A DNA stretch of 64,000 nucleotides, from NCBI GenBank assembly GCA_964016885.1, contig OZ024745.1, positions 126,542,001 through 126,606,000 of the forward strand. Reading direction: 5' to 3'. This stretch comes from Eledone cirrhosa. Taxonomy: Eukaryota. Below the pieces are notes generated by a model. That model had not been told where the DNA came from. It saw nothing but the letters and a program-made list of their open reading frames with translations, and did not search any database. Shown here in pieces: positions 1-12,650 of the stretch. Numbering within the stretch: position 1 is the first letter of the stretch; each line of letters begins with the position of its first letter. Position numbers and translations under genes: made by a program.

Positions 1-94
1 ACACACTCACTCACTCACTCACTCACTCTCTCTCTCATATATATATATTATAGCAAAAGAATAACATGGTCTGCTGTACAATATGGTTTATTAA

Positions 95-207
95 CAGTAT
101 TAACAATTGTTTCATTAGTCCGGTGTGTCTAAAAGTCGCTGACCGTTAGATGCTACGTCACTCGACCTTAATTACAGTCGATACCCGACCAAATCGTCAG
201 AATACTG
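95..207 (-). ncRNA. Type I hammerhead ribozyme with branched helix II
   Basis: Minus strand: helix I CAGUAUU/AAUACUG (7 bp), core CUGACGA, helix II UUGGUCGGG/CCGGACUAA enclosing two hairpins, GAAA, palindromic CAAUUG, cleavage triplet GUU. Lies in an insert between (TA)n tracts. Confidence 0.8.
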
Positions 208-909
208 ATATGTACATAATACAGTGCGCTAGTATTTATAGATACATGGGAGAATAACATAAATGAAACATACGATACCTTGTTATCTCCTATATATTAT
301 ATATATATATGTGTGTGTGTGGAGAGAAAGAGAGAGGGGGAGAGGGGTAGGAAAGTAGGGTAGGTAGTGAGAAAAAGAAAATGACGAAGGAAGGAAGAAA
401 GAAAGGTAGAGAATATCTAAAAAGAAAATCGAGAGAAGCAGTAGTTTAAAAAGCCTGCTTTTCTATCATTACCTCAAACAAAACAGGGTGGAAATGCATT
501 TCAATTGAATGACAAGGTAAAGTATTATGTTATTTTATACAGTAAAAAAAGAAGTATAACTAAAGATATTAGTAATATAAAGGAAAATAAACAGAAAATA
601 AACGAAAATAATAGTGTGCTATTGTGAAGGGGAACTAGTTCCGACCTCATAAGTCGAGGACATAGACATTGAGTTGGGGGATTGTTTTGCTATGTTTACG
701 CAAGGTTTCGCAGGCACGCATGAATACACACAAACATTTCATAAGTATGCACGTGTGTGTGCATGTCTACAGATTCTTGGTCAATGGCCTCAGGGACAAA
801 GGCACAAAACATTCAAATATTCACACAAGAAAATACACACACATATATATATATATGCGCACATCTATACATACAAACATAAATGTATATATATAGATAT
901 ATATAAACA

Positions 910-1128
910 ATGAGTTATATGCTTTGTTGATGAATATTCAACAGAATTAAGTTTATAACAGATATAAAGCACTCTACAATGAAATTTTATCTGGAGTATT
1001 AATAATATTAATAAATGGAAAATATCTTTATAACAACATATTTATTTTATTATACATATTTCAAGGATACTAAATTATAGTATGCTTTCTTCACAGATAA
1101 AATATAATATTTGGTGTAATTTGTATTT
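910..1128 (-). mobile_element. Decayed Penelope-like terminal repeat (family B) interrupted by a SINE
   Basis: Similar to 13750-13998, 35148-35250 and 57283-57390 (aataaatggaaa...tttcaaggatac). HHR core damaged. Confidence 0.65.
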
Positions 1129-1147
1129 ATTAATTATATTTATAAAA

Positions 1148-1336
1148 GGGCGGTGGATTGGCAGTATCGGTAGAGGGTCGGACGCCATGCTTTCCAGCAT
1201 AGTTACGTCCCTTTACGATCTGAGTTCAAATCCCGCCGAGGTTGACTTTGCCTTTCATCCTTACGGGGTCGATAAAATAAAGTACCAGTAATGCACTGGG
1301 TAATTGCTGGCCTTGTGCCTAAAGTAGAAACAATTA
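1148..1336 (+). mobile_element. tRNA-derived SINE family 1 (Meta-like central domain), subtype A
   Basis: A box TGGCAGTATCGG, B box GAGTTCAAATCC, domain GCCTTTCATCCTTACGGGGTCGATAAAATAAAGTACCAG. 19-bp TSD attaattatatttataaaa at 1129-1147 and 1333-1351. Confidence 0.92.
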
Positions 1337-1379
1337 ATTATATTTATAAAAATATTATATATATATATATTATAGTTAA

Positions 1380-1520
1380 AAACAGAAAACAAAAAAACAA
1401 CAACGAAGCGAAGAGGCAGTTCAAAGTGTTAATACTAGGTTGAGTGGGGGACGACGTTCAGGGTATAAGCCCGTCATCAGGAGAAAAGTGGACAGGAAAA
1501 GAGTTCCGAGGGGGAGTGAC
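1380..1520 (-). mobile_element. PLE-like terminal repeat with degenerate minimal HHR
   Basis: Minus strand CUGAUGA-CGGGCUUAUACCC-UGAACGUC. Homologous to 52340-52505. Confidence 0.5.
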
Positions 1521-1523
1521 GGA

Positions 1524-1838
1524 AATCTATGAGATTTTGATATTATTTATTTTGAGAATAATATCTTAACACACGTATGAGCAGCCGGTTACAGCTAGTT
1601 TTAACAGAAAGAGATAAAAGAATTCTGACCGGGTAAGACTGGTTTAAATGCCAAAGGGTTAAGACACATTATATGTTCATGGTAAAATATTTATCTCATA
1701 TAATATCAAATCTATGAGATTTTGATAATACTTATTTTGAGAACAATATTTTAACATCAGTATGAGTGTCCGGATACGGCCGGTTTGAACAGAATGAGGT
1801 GAGAGAATTATGGCCGGATACATTTGGTTTAAGGGTTA
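1524..1838 (-). mobile_element. Two tandem partial piggyBac-like MITEs
   Basis: Both end in GGG+TTAA. Homologous to 48894-49097. Confidence 0.7.
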
Positions 1839-2235
1839 AAGTACGGTCGCATTCGGAATCAATGATCCGATTTCAATTATGATCAGTTTCGAACTTAAGT
1901 TATTTCTCCAGTCTCCTTGAAAGTAGAGCGAAACAATTCAAAGAAACGTTATTTCAATACTGAATAGTGTTGTTATTTGATATTCCTTTGAAAACAGAGT
2001 AAAATGTTTTGAGTCCCAGGGCTGGCTGGTTCCTGCTAAGAGTACCTAAAATGGGGCCCTATTCATGGTTATGAAAAACCCTCCCCATCATTTAACTTTG
2101 GAACAGTACGTAGACATTATAATTTATTGAGTATGTATTTACTTAATGCTAATGCTAAAAATAAGGCAGTTATTTATAGTAATTTTAAAATTTCAATATG
2201 CTTTAATTCTTTTTTTTAGATAAATATATGTGAAT

Positions 2236-2540
2236 GCATGTAGCTTAGTAGTTACGTGTTCGGCTGACAATCGTAATATCTTGAGTTCGATTCCCGTTGT
2301 GTCTTTGAGCAAGATAATTTATTTCATGATACTCTAGTCAACTCAGCTGACAAAAATGTAATTGTAATGAGTTGTAATCTGTATTCAAAGTGTCAGCTTT
2401 ATCACTCACTGTCTTACGCTAAGAAGTACATTAACGGTTCACATTTTTGTTGAATGCTCAGCCACTTGTGAGTTAATTTCGCTTATCTCCTGTTCGGATA
2501 ACTGGCACACTCGTCGTCAGAGGTGACGGAGATCCAACCC
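2236..2540 (+). mobile_element. tRNA-derived SINE family 3 (V-domain-like)
   Basis: A box TAGCTTAGTAG, B box GAGTTCGATTCC, then gtctttgagcaag. Related to 36218 and 48640. Confidence 0.7.
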
Positions 2541-3499
2541 CATAGAACAGTATTTAAAGTTTAATAACATTTAGTTTCTATTGGTCAGGATTTGATATGT
2601 GTGACATAAGTTAAGATAAGAAAAATTTAATTAGATATACACTGAAAAAAGAGATGTCAGTTTTTACTAGATAATAGTTATTTTAGACGTTGTGAATATA
2701 TTTTCTGATATAAGATAAGTTACGTACTCCGTTGGTGACCTTGTTTTATTTTCAGCGAATATACTTTCTACATTACTATCAGAACAAATAGTTTAAAAAA
2801 CATACAAAACAAACGAAGTTTAAAACCCAAGTGAATTAGATTGTACATGGATATATATATAACTGACCTAATTACTATTAATAATAAAGTTCGCTATCAT
2901 AATATATATATTTGTTTCGTCTTTTATCGAGAGCTATCGTAATCAACTGATGCTTTCTCTAGTTTTCGCTTTAAACGGTTAAGAGACATCCCTTCTAGAT
3001 TGTACACCAATCTCTAGTAAGGTGTTAGTCCGTCGGACAATTTGAACGTAGAACTTCGCTTTAACTAAACACTACACATCACCTTCACTGTTTACAACCA
3101 ATGCCGGATTTAGGACAAACCAAGCCCTGTGCTAGTTAAGTTATGAGGCCCATACGTGGGCCCTGGAGGAGATAATTCATAGTAAAAAAATGTTGGCTGG
3201 AAGATGTCCTCCCCGGCTAACAGAGCCCTGTGCTTAAGCACTGTTTACAACCGTTACCTGTACAGGTTCTGTGGTATCTAACAGGAATATGAATTAAAAC
3301 AGTATATATATGGACAAATTGCAAAAAAAAAAATGGAATCTTTCAACCCTTTCATTTCCAAACCGCCTGACAATGCTCTTAGTTCTATGACATAAAAATG
3401 TTTATTTTAAAGTGTTTATTTATATCTAAAAACAATCCTTTATAATTTTTTGTAAGAACCTGCATTAAGTTGTGCTCGACACGCCAGCTTAATAATAAG

Positions 3500-3900
3500 A
3501 AAAGATGGCTACTGTTGTACCCTCTCCACATGCAAAACAAAACTGCATTTCATTAATATTTATTCACTCTCTGGTCCGGTACACGCTCCAGCACATGTTC
3601 AATCAGTTTTATTCTTATGCAGTTTCCATATTCAAGTGGGTTTCCCTTCTATTTGTAGATGGGGACTATCTCACCCATCTGATGGTATCTTTTCAACAAA
3701 AACTATTTCTTCTAAAAGACTGCACACCATCTTATTACCAAGATCGTCCATCTTTTTTGAAAAGGTCTATGCTGATCACTGAGCACCCAGGCACTTTACT
3801 GTATTGCATTGTCTTGATTGCGTTCTTTACCTCTTTGATGTCTATTACTTTTGTCGGTCCTTCAACTGGAGTTAAGGTGTTTAAAGCTTCCCGTTGAGTT
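3500..3900 (-). pseudogene. Degenerate RTE-type LINE reverse transcriptase fragment
   Basis: Translates VEGPTKVIDIKEVKNAIKTMQYSKVPG...EIVPIYK*KGNPLEYGNCIRIKLIEHV...INEMQFCFACGEGTTVAIF with stops and frameshifts. Confidence 0.8.
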
Positions 3901-4656
3901 TGTCAGAAGCCTTTTTCTTTGAAGTTCGTTCTACACCCACGTTCTATTAGCTTCCAACTTTTGATCTTGAATTTGATCAAGAATATGATCTTTTGATCTT
4001 GAATTTCATCTATAACTAAATATTATGATATATACAACAGGATGAAAGGTTTGAATTTTCGAAGCATTGAGAATTTATGAGATTGATAAAAAAGGTTGGA
4101 AAACTTAGACTCAGGAAATAACTGTAAATACAGTTGGCTGCTTTCAATAGTTATGAGAGGTCGTTAAGCTCAATAGTTTGAGCAGTCATCTGGTATCTGA
4201 AGGAAAGGAATTTGATTCGTCATAGCAACCGTTGACCTCATTTTTCCGTCTATAAGGAGTCTTTACCCGATTTTCATAGCAACTAACTTTATTTGCAGTT
4301 ATTTTCTGCGTCTGAGTTTCACTACATTTTCTATGAATATATATAATTTTTCAGTCTAGCGTAGAACTTCTCTAATAAAAAGTAAACATTTTAGCAGTCT
4401 CTCATTTGAGTGTACCACAAAACTGGAGTCCATTTTCTCATTAATCAACGTATGGCTACTCTTCCAGGCTTCCTTCACCTCATTTATTACCTCTATCGTT
4501 CATTCGTTTGTTTGTGAAGAACTGTGATTTCCAATCCGACGTGAGTGTCGATGAATGGATCCTCCTTACGATTTATGCTAATCTTATCTAAATATATGCC
4601 CATATTTGGCTGTGAACGTGACAACGAGTGAAGAGTCACTGTCATCACTGGTGTCC

Positions 4657-4887
4657 TTTACCTCTTTAGCATTTAAACCGGCCATATCCGGCCAGAATTA
4701 TCTAACCTCTTTCTGTTCAAACCGGCTGTAACCGGCCTCTCATATTGATGTTAAGGTATTGATCTCAAAATAAATAATATCAAAATTTCATAGATTTGAT
4801 TTTATGTGCGATAATTATGTTCAAGTAAAGCTTTTACCATGAAAATATAACAGTATATATAGAGTAATGTAAATGGTAAAAGGTTAA
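4657..4887 (+). mobile_element. piggyBac-like MITE
   Basis: Degenerate CCCTTTAGCATTTA TIRs, right end TTAA. Confidence 0.75.
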
Positions 4888-5411
4888 GGTAATCTTTGTG
4901 TTCCTACGTCACAAATATTGTAGGATTAATCTATAGGCGTTACTTCCTCGTGTTGTCAGTTATAAAAAAACAACACATTCTGCTGCATCAGCGATGGCTG
5001 CTTTCATCTATTCTAAAGAGCACAAAACAGTTTTGATAATGCACAGCTAGTTACTTGCTTTCTTTCTCTTGCATTTGCCTAGGGCAAAGGGCCACCTGCT
5101 TTGTCATATAATGCTGCCATATGGTCCTTTGTTCGTGCACATACTCCATGTCAAGATCTCGTCAGTTGGAAATTATGTTTATAAATCACATCACGGTCCC
5201 TTTAGTTAAATTTCTATCGACACTTTTATTAGAAACATTAACCCAAGCCGGACTCTAACATCACCAACCGTCTTTCAGCAAATTTACCAACATTAATGAT
5301 ATTGATAGGCACATTGTCTCATATTTTAAGGTAAGGAAAATGGTAGAGTCGATTATATCAACCTACATTAGGACTCCATATATCCCGGAGGGATTTGGGC
5401 TCAATATTAAA

Positions 5412-6011
5412 TAGATAGATATATATCTTTCTTTATATACAAGGACGTACAAGAAATGGGAGATTACAAGACGTGACGGCGGTGGTTTTACATAAAAAAT
5501 CGTACACACTTTAACATTAATAAATAACAATAAACTATATATTAAAAAATTAACAATCGAAATCCCCAATAGGGGGGAACATTACTGTGTGGTTGTAAAT
5601 AGAACAACCCTCAACACCAGGAGCACGTTTTGTAGGTGTTCCCGTCTTCCCCCTTTTCGTCTTCCTCATCCTACAGGTTTAAATAGATAAATAGGTAGAT
5701 AGATAAATAGATAGACAGACAGATAGGTAGGTGGGTAGCAAGGTAGGTGAATGGGTAGCTAGCTAGCTAATTAGTTAGATAAATAGATATCTTTCTTTAT
5801 TTGCCACAGGGGCGTACAAAAATGGGACATTACAAGACGTGACGGCGGGGGTTTACATAAAAATCATATAACTTTAACATTAATAAATAACAATAAACTA
5901 TATATAATAAAATAACAATTGAAATCCCCAATAGGGGGGAACGTAAATACAGGGTTGTTTTACACTCCGTGGATACAACAACCATCAACACCAGGAACAC
6001 GTTTTGTAGGT
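5412..6011 (-). repeat. Two direct copies of a ~220-bp element (probable LINE 3' end) with GATA-type tails
   Basis: 5412-5637 and 5782-6011 are near-identical. Minus strand ends aataaagaaagatatctat in the second copy. Confidence 0.6.
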
Positions 6012-6287
6012 ATAGATAGACAGACAGACAGACAAATAGATAGCTAGAGAATCGGATTGAGCAGGTGACCTGGCTGAAGCATCGAGCACGAGGGAGATGG
6101 AGGTGATAGGGGCAATGGAGCAGATGGTGTGAGTGAAACGTCCATCTGTCAGTAGGGGCGACATTGTCGTCGATCTTGTCAGTTACATGAGAAGCTATTT
6201 CTCAGGAATCCGATCATATTCAGGATACATTCAATGGCAGTCTTGGCATAACATTCACACGATGAAGTAGAGAATTGATAGGAAGAT

Positions 6288-6530
6288 AGGACAGACGTAG
6301 GACAGACAGATACTAGAGTGTGTGTGTGTGTGTGTGTGTAGGACAGACAGATACTAGTGTGTGTGTGTGTGTGTGTGTAGGACAGACAGATACTAGAGTG
6401 TGTGTGTGGGGGGGGGACAGATGTAAGGTGGACAGATACTAGTGTGTGTGTGTGCGTGTAGGACAGACAGATACTAGTGTGTGTGTGTAGGACAGACGTA
6501 GGGTGGACAGATACTAGTGTGTGTGTGTGT
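6288..6530. repeat. Compound minisatellite GGACAGACAGATACTAG(TG)n
   Basis: About 7 units with variable TG length. Confidence 0.85.
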
Positions 6531-6554
6531 ATGTGAGAGAAAGAGAGGGAGGTT

Positions 6555-6600
<46 letters not shown>

Positions 6601-6624
6601 CGTGATGACTGTCAAATGGAAATG

Positions 6625-7048
6625 TGAGTGAAGCCGGTGAGAGGTAAGAATGAAGGGAGAGAGAGGGGTGTTGAGTGAAGCCGGTGAGAGGTAAGAATGA
6701 AGGGAGAGAGGGAGGTGTTGAACGAAGCCGGTGAGAAGTAAGAATGAAGAGAGAGGGAGAGAGAGAGGTGTTGAGTGAAGCCGGTGAGAGGTAATAATGA
6801 AGAGAGAGGGAGAGAGAGAGGTGTTGAGTGAAGCCGGTGAGAGGTAAGAATGGAGGGAGAGAGGGAGGTGTTGAACGAAGCCGGTGAGAAGTAAGAATGA
6901 AGAGAGAGGGAGAGAGAGAGGTGTTGAGTGAAGCCGGTGAGAGGTAATAATGAAGAGAGAGAGAGAGGTGTTGAGTTAAGCCGGTGAGAGGTAAGAATGA
7001 AGGGAGAGAGGGAGGTAGTGAGTGAAGCCGGTGAGAGGTAAGAATGAA
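6625..7048. repeat. Purine-rich minisatellite, ~47-53-bp unit, 9 copies
   Basis: Unit GTGTTGAGTGAAGCCGGTGAGAGGTAAGAATGAAG(GA)n. Variant GAACGAAGCC recurs at 6720 and 6873. Confidence 0.92.
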
Positions 7049-7349
7049 GTGAAAAAAACGTATGGGAGAAAGTGTGAGTGGAGACGAAGTGAAAGAGGAG
7101 TTCGTTGGAGACGTTCAACATGCTGGAAATAACAGCTGAATCTTCCTCAAATTACATACTATTTATTGTCTTTCAGAATGTTAGGGCTCGTTGGATAATA
7201 TAGTTTTACATATTCTGTTTGAATAATTCCCGATAAAGTCGTGTCTGGACACATTCCGCCATAGGAGTGTTGAATAATTGGTGACTTGCAGCTAAATACC
7301 AGCTAAATAACAGAAACAATTTCACTCTCTCTCTCTCTATATATATATA

Positions 7350-7636
7350 TATATTGTTATATTTGGGGAGGGTCATATTGTTGTAATAATATTGCCAGAA
7401 ATAATAACAGAACACACTCAGTGTTTGGTTAGTTTTCGCTTCTGTATCTTTTATATCTCCACAGTTAATTCATTTGGTTCTCAATGTTTATCATTGACTG
7501 ACCAGCGGTCAAAATACAGATATAATATAGATATAAACACATATATATAGTCGAACAAAGTTCTTTCGTTGCACATTTGTAACATCATCAGTGGTACTAT
7601 TATGTTCCTCCTGTTTTATTGTATGTCTATGCCATT

Positions 7637-7640
<4 letters not shown>
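7350..7640 (-). mobile_element. Diverged PLE family A terminal repeat with HHR core
   Basis: atgaccctcccCaaatataacaat tip. HHR core CUGAUGA-UGUUACA..GCAAC-GAAA-GAAC-UU at about 7556-7593. Confidence 0.65.
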
Positions 7641-7679
<39 letters not shown>

Positions 7680-7680
<1 letters not shown>

Positions 7681-8532
7681 GAGGTGTGTCAGAAAAGTTC
7701 CAGGACTGATGTCATAAAAGATTTATTTCAAACCCAAACTTCACACAGGGAGTTTTCTCCTTCAAAGTAATCCTCCTGGAATATGTAACTGTAATCTTAG
7801 CTCTCTGTAGCGATCAAACTTTTTTCTTCATAATTTTTTTCTTCATAATGAGCATAGAACAACGAACAAACTTGAAGTTTCTGGTACGGTTGGGGAAAGC
7901 TCCGTCAGAAGCACTGGGATTGCTGCAGCAAGTGTGTGGAGATGAGACGATGTCACGCTCACGTGTTTTGGGGTGGTGCAAAATGACCCCAGGATGGAAG
8001 GCCCTCAACAACCAGGACTGAGGTCAACGTTGAGCGCGTCAGGCAGATGGTGCGTAGCGATCGTCGGCTGACTGTTCGACTAATGGCAAATGAGCTGGGC
8101 ATGAATCGGGACAGCGTCGGGAAGATTCTCACTGAAGATTTGGACATGCGGAAAGTCTGCGCGAAGAAGGTGCCAACACTGCTGAACGATGACCTGAAAG
8201 GTCGACGCATGCATGACATCCTCGAGCGCCTTGAAACCGAACCAGACTTGCTAGGGACAGTCATCACCGGTGATGAGTCATGGATCTTCGAGTACTACCC
8301 GGAAGGGACCCGTTTTGAAGACGTGGACGACATCAAAAAGGCCGTGACGACGGAACTGCGGAGGATTCCGGAAGAATCGTTCCAGGAAAGCATGCAAGCG
8401 TGTCAGAAAAGGATGGAAAAGTGCCTTAGACTCCAGGGGGATTACTTTGAAGGAGAAAACTCTTAGTGTGAAGTTTGGGTTTGAAATAAATCTTTTGTGA
8501 CATCAGTCCTGGAACTTTTCTGACACACCTCG
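7680..8532 (+). mobile_element. Internally deleted mariner element
   Basis: TA flanks. TIR CGAGGTGTGTCAGAAAAGTTCCAGGACTG... extends about 100 bp. Confidence 0.95.
7848..8466 (+). pseudogene. Mariner transposase, frameshifted, catalytic core deleted
   Basis: MSIEQRTNLKFLVRLGK...DRRLTVRLMANELG...VITGDESWIFEY joined directly to GTRFEDVDDIK...QGDYFEG. Confidence 0.92.
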
Positions 8533-8548
8533 TATATATATATATATA

Positions 8549-8719
8549 TGAAACATTCGGGACCCCGACGGCTGAGCTTCAGCCGTTTCAACAGCTAATT
8601 GAAACGGCTGGAGGTCAGCCGTCGGGGTCTCGAATCTTTTATATTACCCACTCTACTACTCCAAGTATCGAGTACTCTGGGGAGTAATAGTCTAACTGGT
8701 TTTTACCGCATCCAATCTG

Positions 8720-8720
<1 letters not shown>
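8549..8720 (+). mobile_element. Fold-back terminal repeat, family F (PLE-like)
   Basis: Arms about 37 bp (8556-8635). Homologues at 35745-35885, 41197-41400 and 44106-44165, mostly beside microsatellites. Confidence 0.7.
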
Positions 8721-8774
<54 letters not shown>

Positions 8775-9575
8775 TTTATCTACTTATCTAACCATCCATT
8801 AGTACAGTTATCTATCTAGTCTCCATTCCGCCCTGTGTGTGTGTGTGAGAGAGAGAGAACATTTGTTCGTGTCTGTATAAAAGAAAACTAATTTAAGATT
8901 AGTTGGGAAAAATGTGATGAGAAGTGACAGCGTGTGTTTATAGGTGTGGAGGCTGGTTATTGAACAATTTCAGTGAGTTAAAGAGAAGTGAGACTAAGCG
9001 AATACTGGAGGGGTTGGTAAATATAGAATGTGGTGGAAAAGTATAAAAATGTCAATGTACGGAAGGAACTAAGTGTTGTAGGTAGAGGTAGGAAGTAAGG
9101 GTATGTGTATGTGTAAATATTGAATCTTAAAAGGGGAAATGAAAAAACTAGTGAAAGGAGGGAATAAGTACGAATGTGATAAAATGTAGGTGTTTATAAA
9201 TACATTCATTTGTACATACATTGATGCATACATACATACATTGATACGTACAGAGAAGCGCGCTAGCAGCCGAAGTGTATGATAAAGTTATATCTGTATA
9301 AATACAGAATGTGTAACCGAGGCTGCACCAACGTGTGTAAATGTATTTATAAATACCTAATATGTAGGAATGTAAATATGCCAGAATATACGAATTTTCA
9401 TGTAAATTGGCAAAAAGGTATACATCTTTAATCGATTTTCAGATCTAATTGAACCCTCCTAAGAAGGCTTATATCATCCAACCAAGCACAAGGAAATATA
9501 CCCATTCACACTTAGAATGTTTTTCTGAAATGGACGTATTAACTTGTATAAATTTAGCGCCCTTGTTGGTAATTA

Positions 9576-9617
<42 letters not shown>

Positions 9618-9626
9618 TATATAATA

Positions 9627-9775
9627 TGCTACCTTCGAGCTGACGTTTGGGAGGCTCCCGTACAGCTCTGAGTTCTTCATCCTCAGTATATACTGATTAA
9701 TGTTCAGAGCTATCCTCAGCATTCTTGTGTAGCACCCATCCACCATCTGCTTGAGTTTATTGGTCAGACCCGTAC
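9627..9775 (-). pseudogene. RTE-type LINE C-terminal fragment
   Basis: LTNKLKQMVDGCYTRMLRIALNI...NSELYGSLPNVS. Confidence 0.8.
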
Positions 9776-10644
9776 AGCAGCACATAATCCACTGATATAG
9801 CGGGTGTTTTTCCTAACTAATGCTAATCTTCTTAAAATAGACGATTAACGAATACCGAAAATTTATAATGAAGATCAAAATAATCTACAGCCAGCCCCAA
9901 ATAGAGAAACATCGCCATAATACTCCAGAACACAACTACAATAACATTCTAGAAATATTATCTAACCCACTTTGTATTTAAAAAATACATATTAAAAATA
10001 TCAGCCTCGCCAATAGTGACATTGGTTTCAAATACTGTATTGAAATACACAACCCTAATTATAAGTACTGGTCAACGGCGGCTGTGGCGTTCCGACTAAG
10101 TTCACTTTGTCGATCTCTTTTCTGGCTACCACAAGAATGGATCAGCTTCTACGTGGTATACTGACATGCTAGAAATAACAGCCAAATCATTCTCTAATCA
10201 CAGTTTCGTCATCGTCGGCTATTCTTCGTTTCCGAGTATATTTAACCTTCTCTTCAATTTCCTCATCCATGAAGGTACCTCTGGTGACTCGCAAGGCCTA
10301 TATTTGCAAAGAAAAATTATCCACACGGCTTATGGTTGGTGGGGGCCTTGGTTGTAGTTGGTGAATTTTTCGGCGCAGTCATTTATCCTTCCCAGTTCTC
10401 CGGCGATTTACCTTAAAATGTTCGGCGCCGATTTTGATAAGATGATGCCACGTTGTTTTTTTTTTTTTGTTTTTTTTTTTTTGCATCTGTTCCTTGGACT
10501 TATGTTGGTGTTCTTCTCCATCTGTTTCAATTTGTCTTTGTAGCGTTGCATTGGGTGACCACGCGATTTCTGAGCTGTGCTGAATTCGCTGTAAAGAATT
10601 TAACGTTACATAAGAAAGGCAAAAATTTGTCAAGCCACATTATA

Positions 10645-10836
10645 TACCTGTCAACTCTCCCCGTCGGACGGGGACATCTCCCATCCACTTTGGGGTGGGT
10701 AACAGATGTCTTCTCTTGTGAAAATAGCTACAGCTTTCATTATATAACATCTCCCCATTTTGCCTCATTTATCCCCGTTTTAGGGAAAAAATGTTCATAG
10801 TACTCCTCGCTTGAGTTTTTACAGGTTGGCAGGTCT
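10645..10836 (+). mobile_element. MITE with CAGACCTG(C/T)CAAC termini (hAT-like)
   Basis: Inverted termini. Copies at 24648-24840 and 30371-30827. Confidence 0.75.
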
Positions 10837-11693
10837 GACATTATCTAATGTCGTCTTCCTTCATATTCATTAACATGTTAGATTGTGATCAGAGAAGCAT
10901 TTGGTTGCTATTTCTAGCAAATCGAGCGACTACGTGGAAGCATTTTCCTTCTGAACAATGCTAGTCGCTATTGGATTGCTGGCTGATATAAAAAAAAAAG
11001 GTAACAGATAATGTATGCTGCTACCAAGAAATCCCGGAGCATAACAGTTGAGGAGTTCACTCTCTTTGGAATTCCTTACATCCTGAGAAAATTGTAAAAA
11101 TGCCGATATTTGCTAAGATATGATAAAGTGTTTTTAACACATGACTAAGATTTTTGTTATCAAATACGTACCAGTGATATAATAGGGTCGATTTATCGAC
11201 CATATTAAATTAGTGGCATCTCTTATATTTGTCATTGACAAATTTAAACATACAACATAATGAAATACTGCAAAGTATTTAGTTCGATATTCTATAGTTT
11301 TACCAACACTATCTTTAGCCCCACCACCACCACCAAGAAGAAAAGAAGAAGAAGAAATAAACTAAAATCCCACGCTTTTTAGTATTATCACGTGATAAAT
11401 GACTTTAAGACAATGATCTTGCAGTTATTAGGTCAGGTTAACACCCGCTTTATTCAACAGATTGTTTTCTATAATGTTAGGAGGTAGTATGCCAGACGAG
11501 TTCAGCGTGTTTGGAATTCAACCTTATCACTTTTGGCTGAGAATTAATGCATTAATGTCCCTGAATATATTAATAACAATAAAGATAATCCTAAAAATAA
11601 ATGCTATGCTCATGAACGCACTGAGAGGGATTGAAGTGAGTGGCATTATCGGCATACATATATAGATGTATGTGTATACGTATATATATATAT

Positions 11694-11930
11694 GTAGGAG
11701 GTGAGTTTTATTGTAGCACAATAAAGCAATGCAAATATCGGATAAGTAGCACTCTACAGTTTGTAGGAGTGGAGTATAAATAATATAAGATCAAAAGATG
11801 GTTAAAAGAGTTCCAAGTATTTTACTATGCACATTTCAAAAACAAATATCATCCCATGATGATATTTGTTATAGAAATGCGCATAATAAAATACTTGGAA
11901 CTCTTTTAACTATCTTTTGATCTTATTATT
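11694..11930. mobile_element. Fold-back PLE-like terminal repeat with partial HHR
   Basis: Arms 11779-11853 and 11857-11930. Right arm UGAUGA-UAU..AUA-GAAA-UGCGCA-UA. Confidence 0.7.
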
Positions 11931-11965
<35 letters not shown>

Positions 11966-12287
11966 ATATATGTATGTATATGTGTGTATGTATATATGTA
12001 TGTATATGTATATATGGCCTCAGCCGGATGGCTGAAACAGGTAAAAGAGTATGTATATGTATATATATATATATATGTATGTATATATATATATATGTAT
12101 GTATGTATATGTATATATATATATGTATGTATGTATATGTATATATATATATGTATGTATGTATATGTATATATATATATATATGTATGTATGTATATAT
12201 ATATATATGTATGTATATGTATATGTATGTATATGTATATATATATATATATGTATGTATGTATATATATATATATGTATGTATATG

Positions 12288-12318
<31 letters not shown>

Positions 12319-12646
12319 ATATATATGTATGTATGTATATATATATGTATGTGTATGTATATATATATGTATGTATGTATATATATATGTATGTATATAT
12401 ATATGTATGTATATATATATGTATGTATATATATATGTATGTATATATATATGTATGTATGTATATATATATGTATGTATGTATATATATATGTATGTAT
12501 GTATATATATATGTATGTATGTATATATATATGTATGTATATATGTATGTATATATGTATATATATATATATGTATGTATATATATATGTATGTATATAT
12601 ATATGTATGTATATATATATGTATATATATATATATGTATGTATAT
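11930..12646. repeat. (TA)n/(TATG)n array
   Basis: Direct reading. Confidence 0.95.
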
Positions 12647-12650
12647 TATG

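Noticed and set aside
6625-7048. CRISPR-like spaced repeat
   Set aside because: Spacers are GA-run variants rather than unique sequence. Eukaryotic context with no cas genes.
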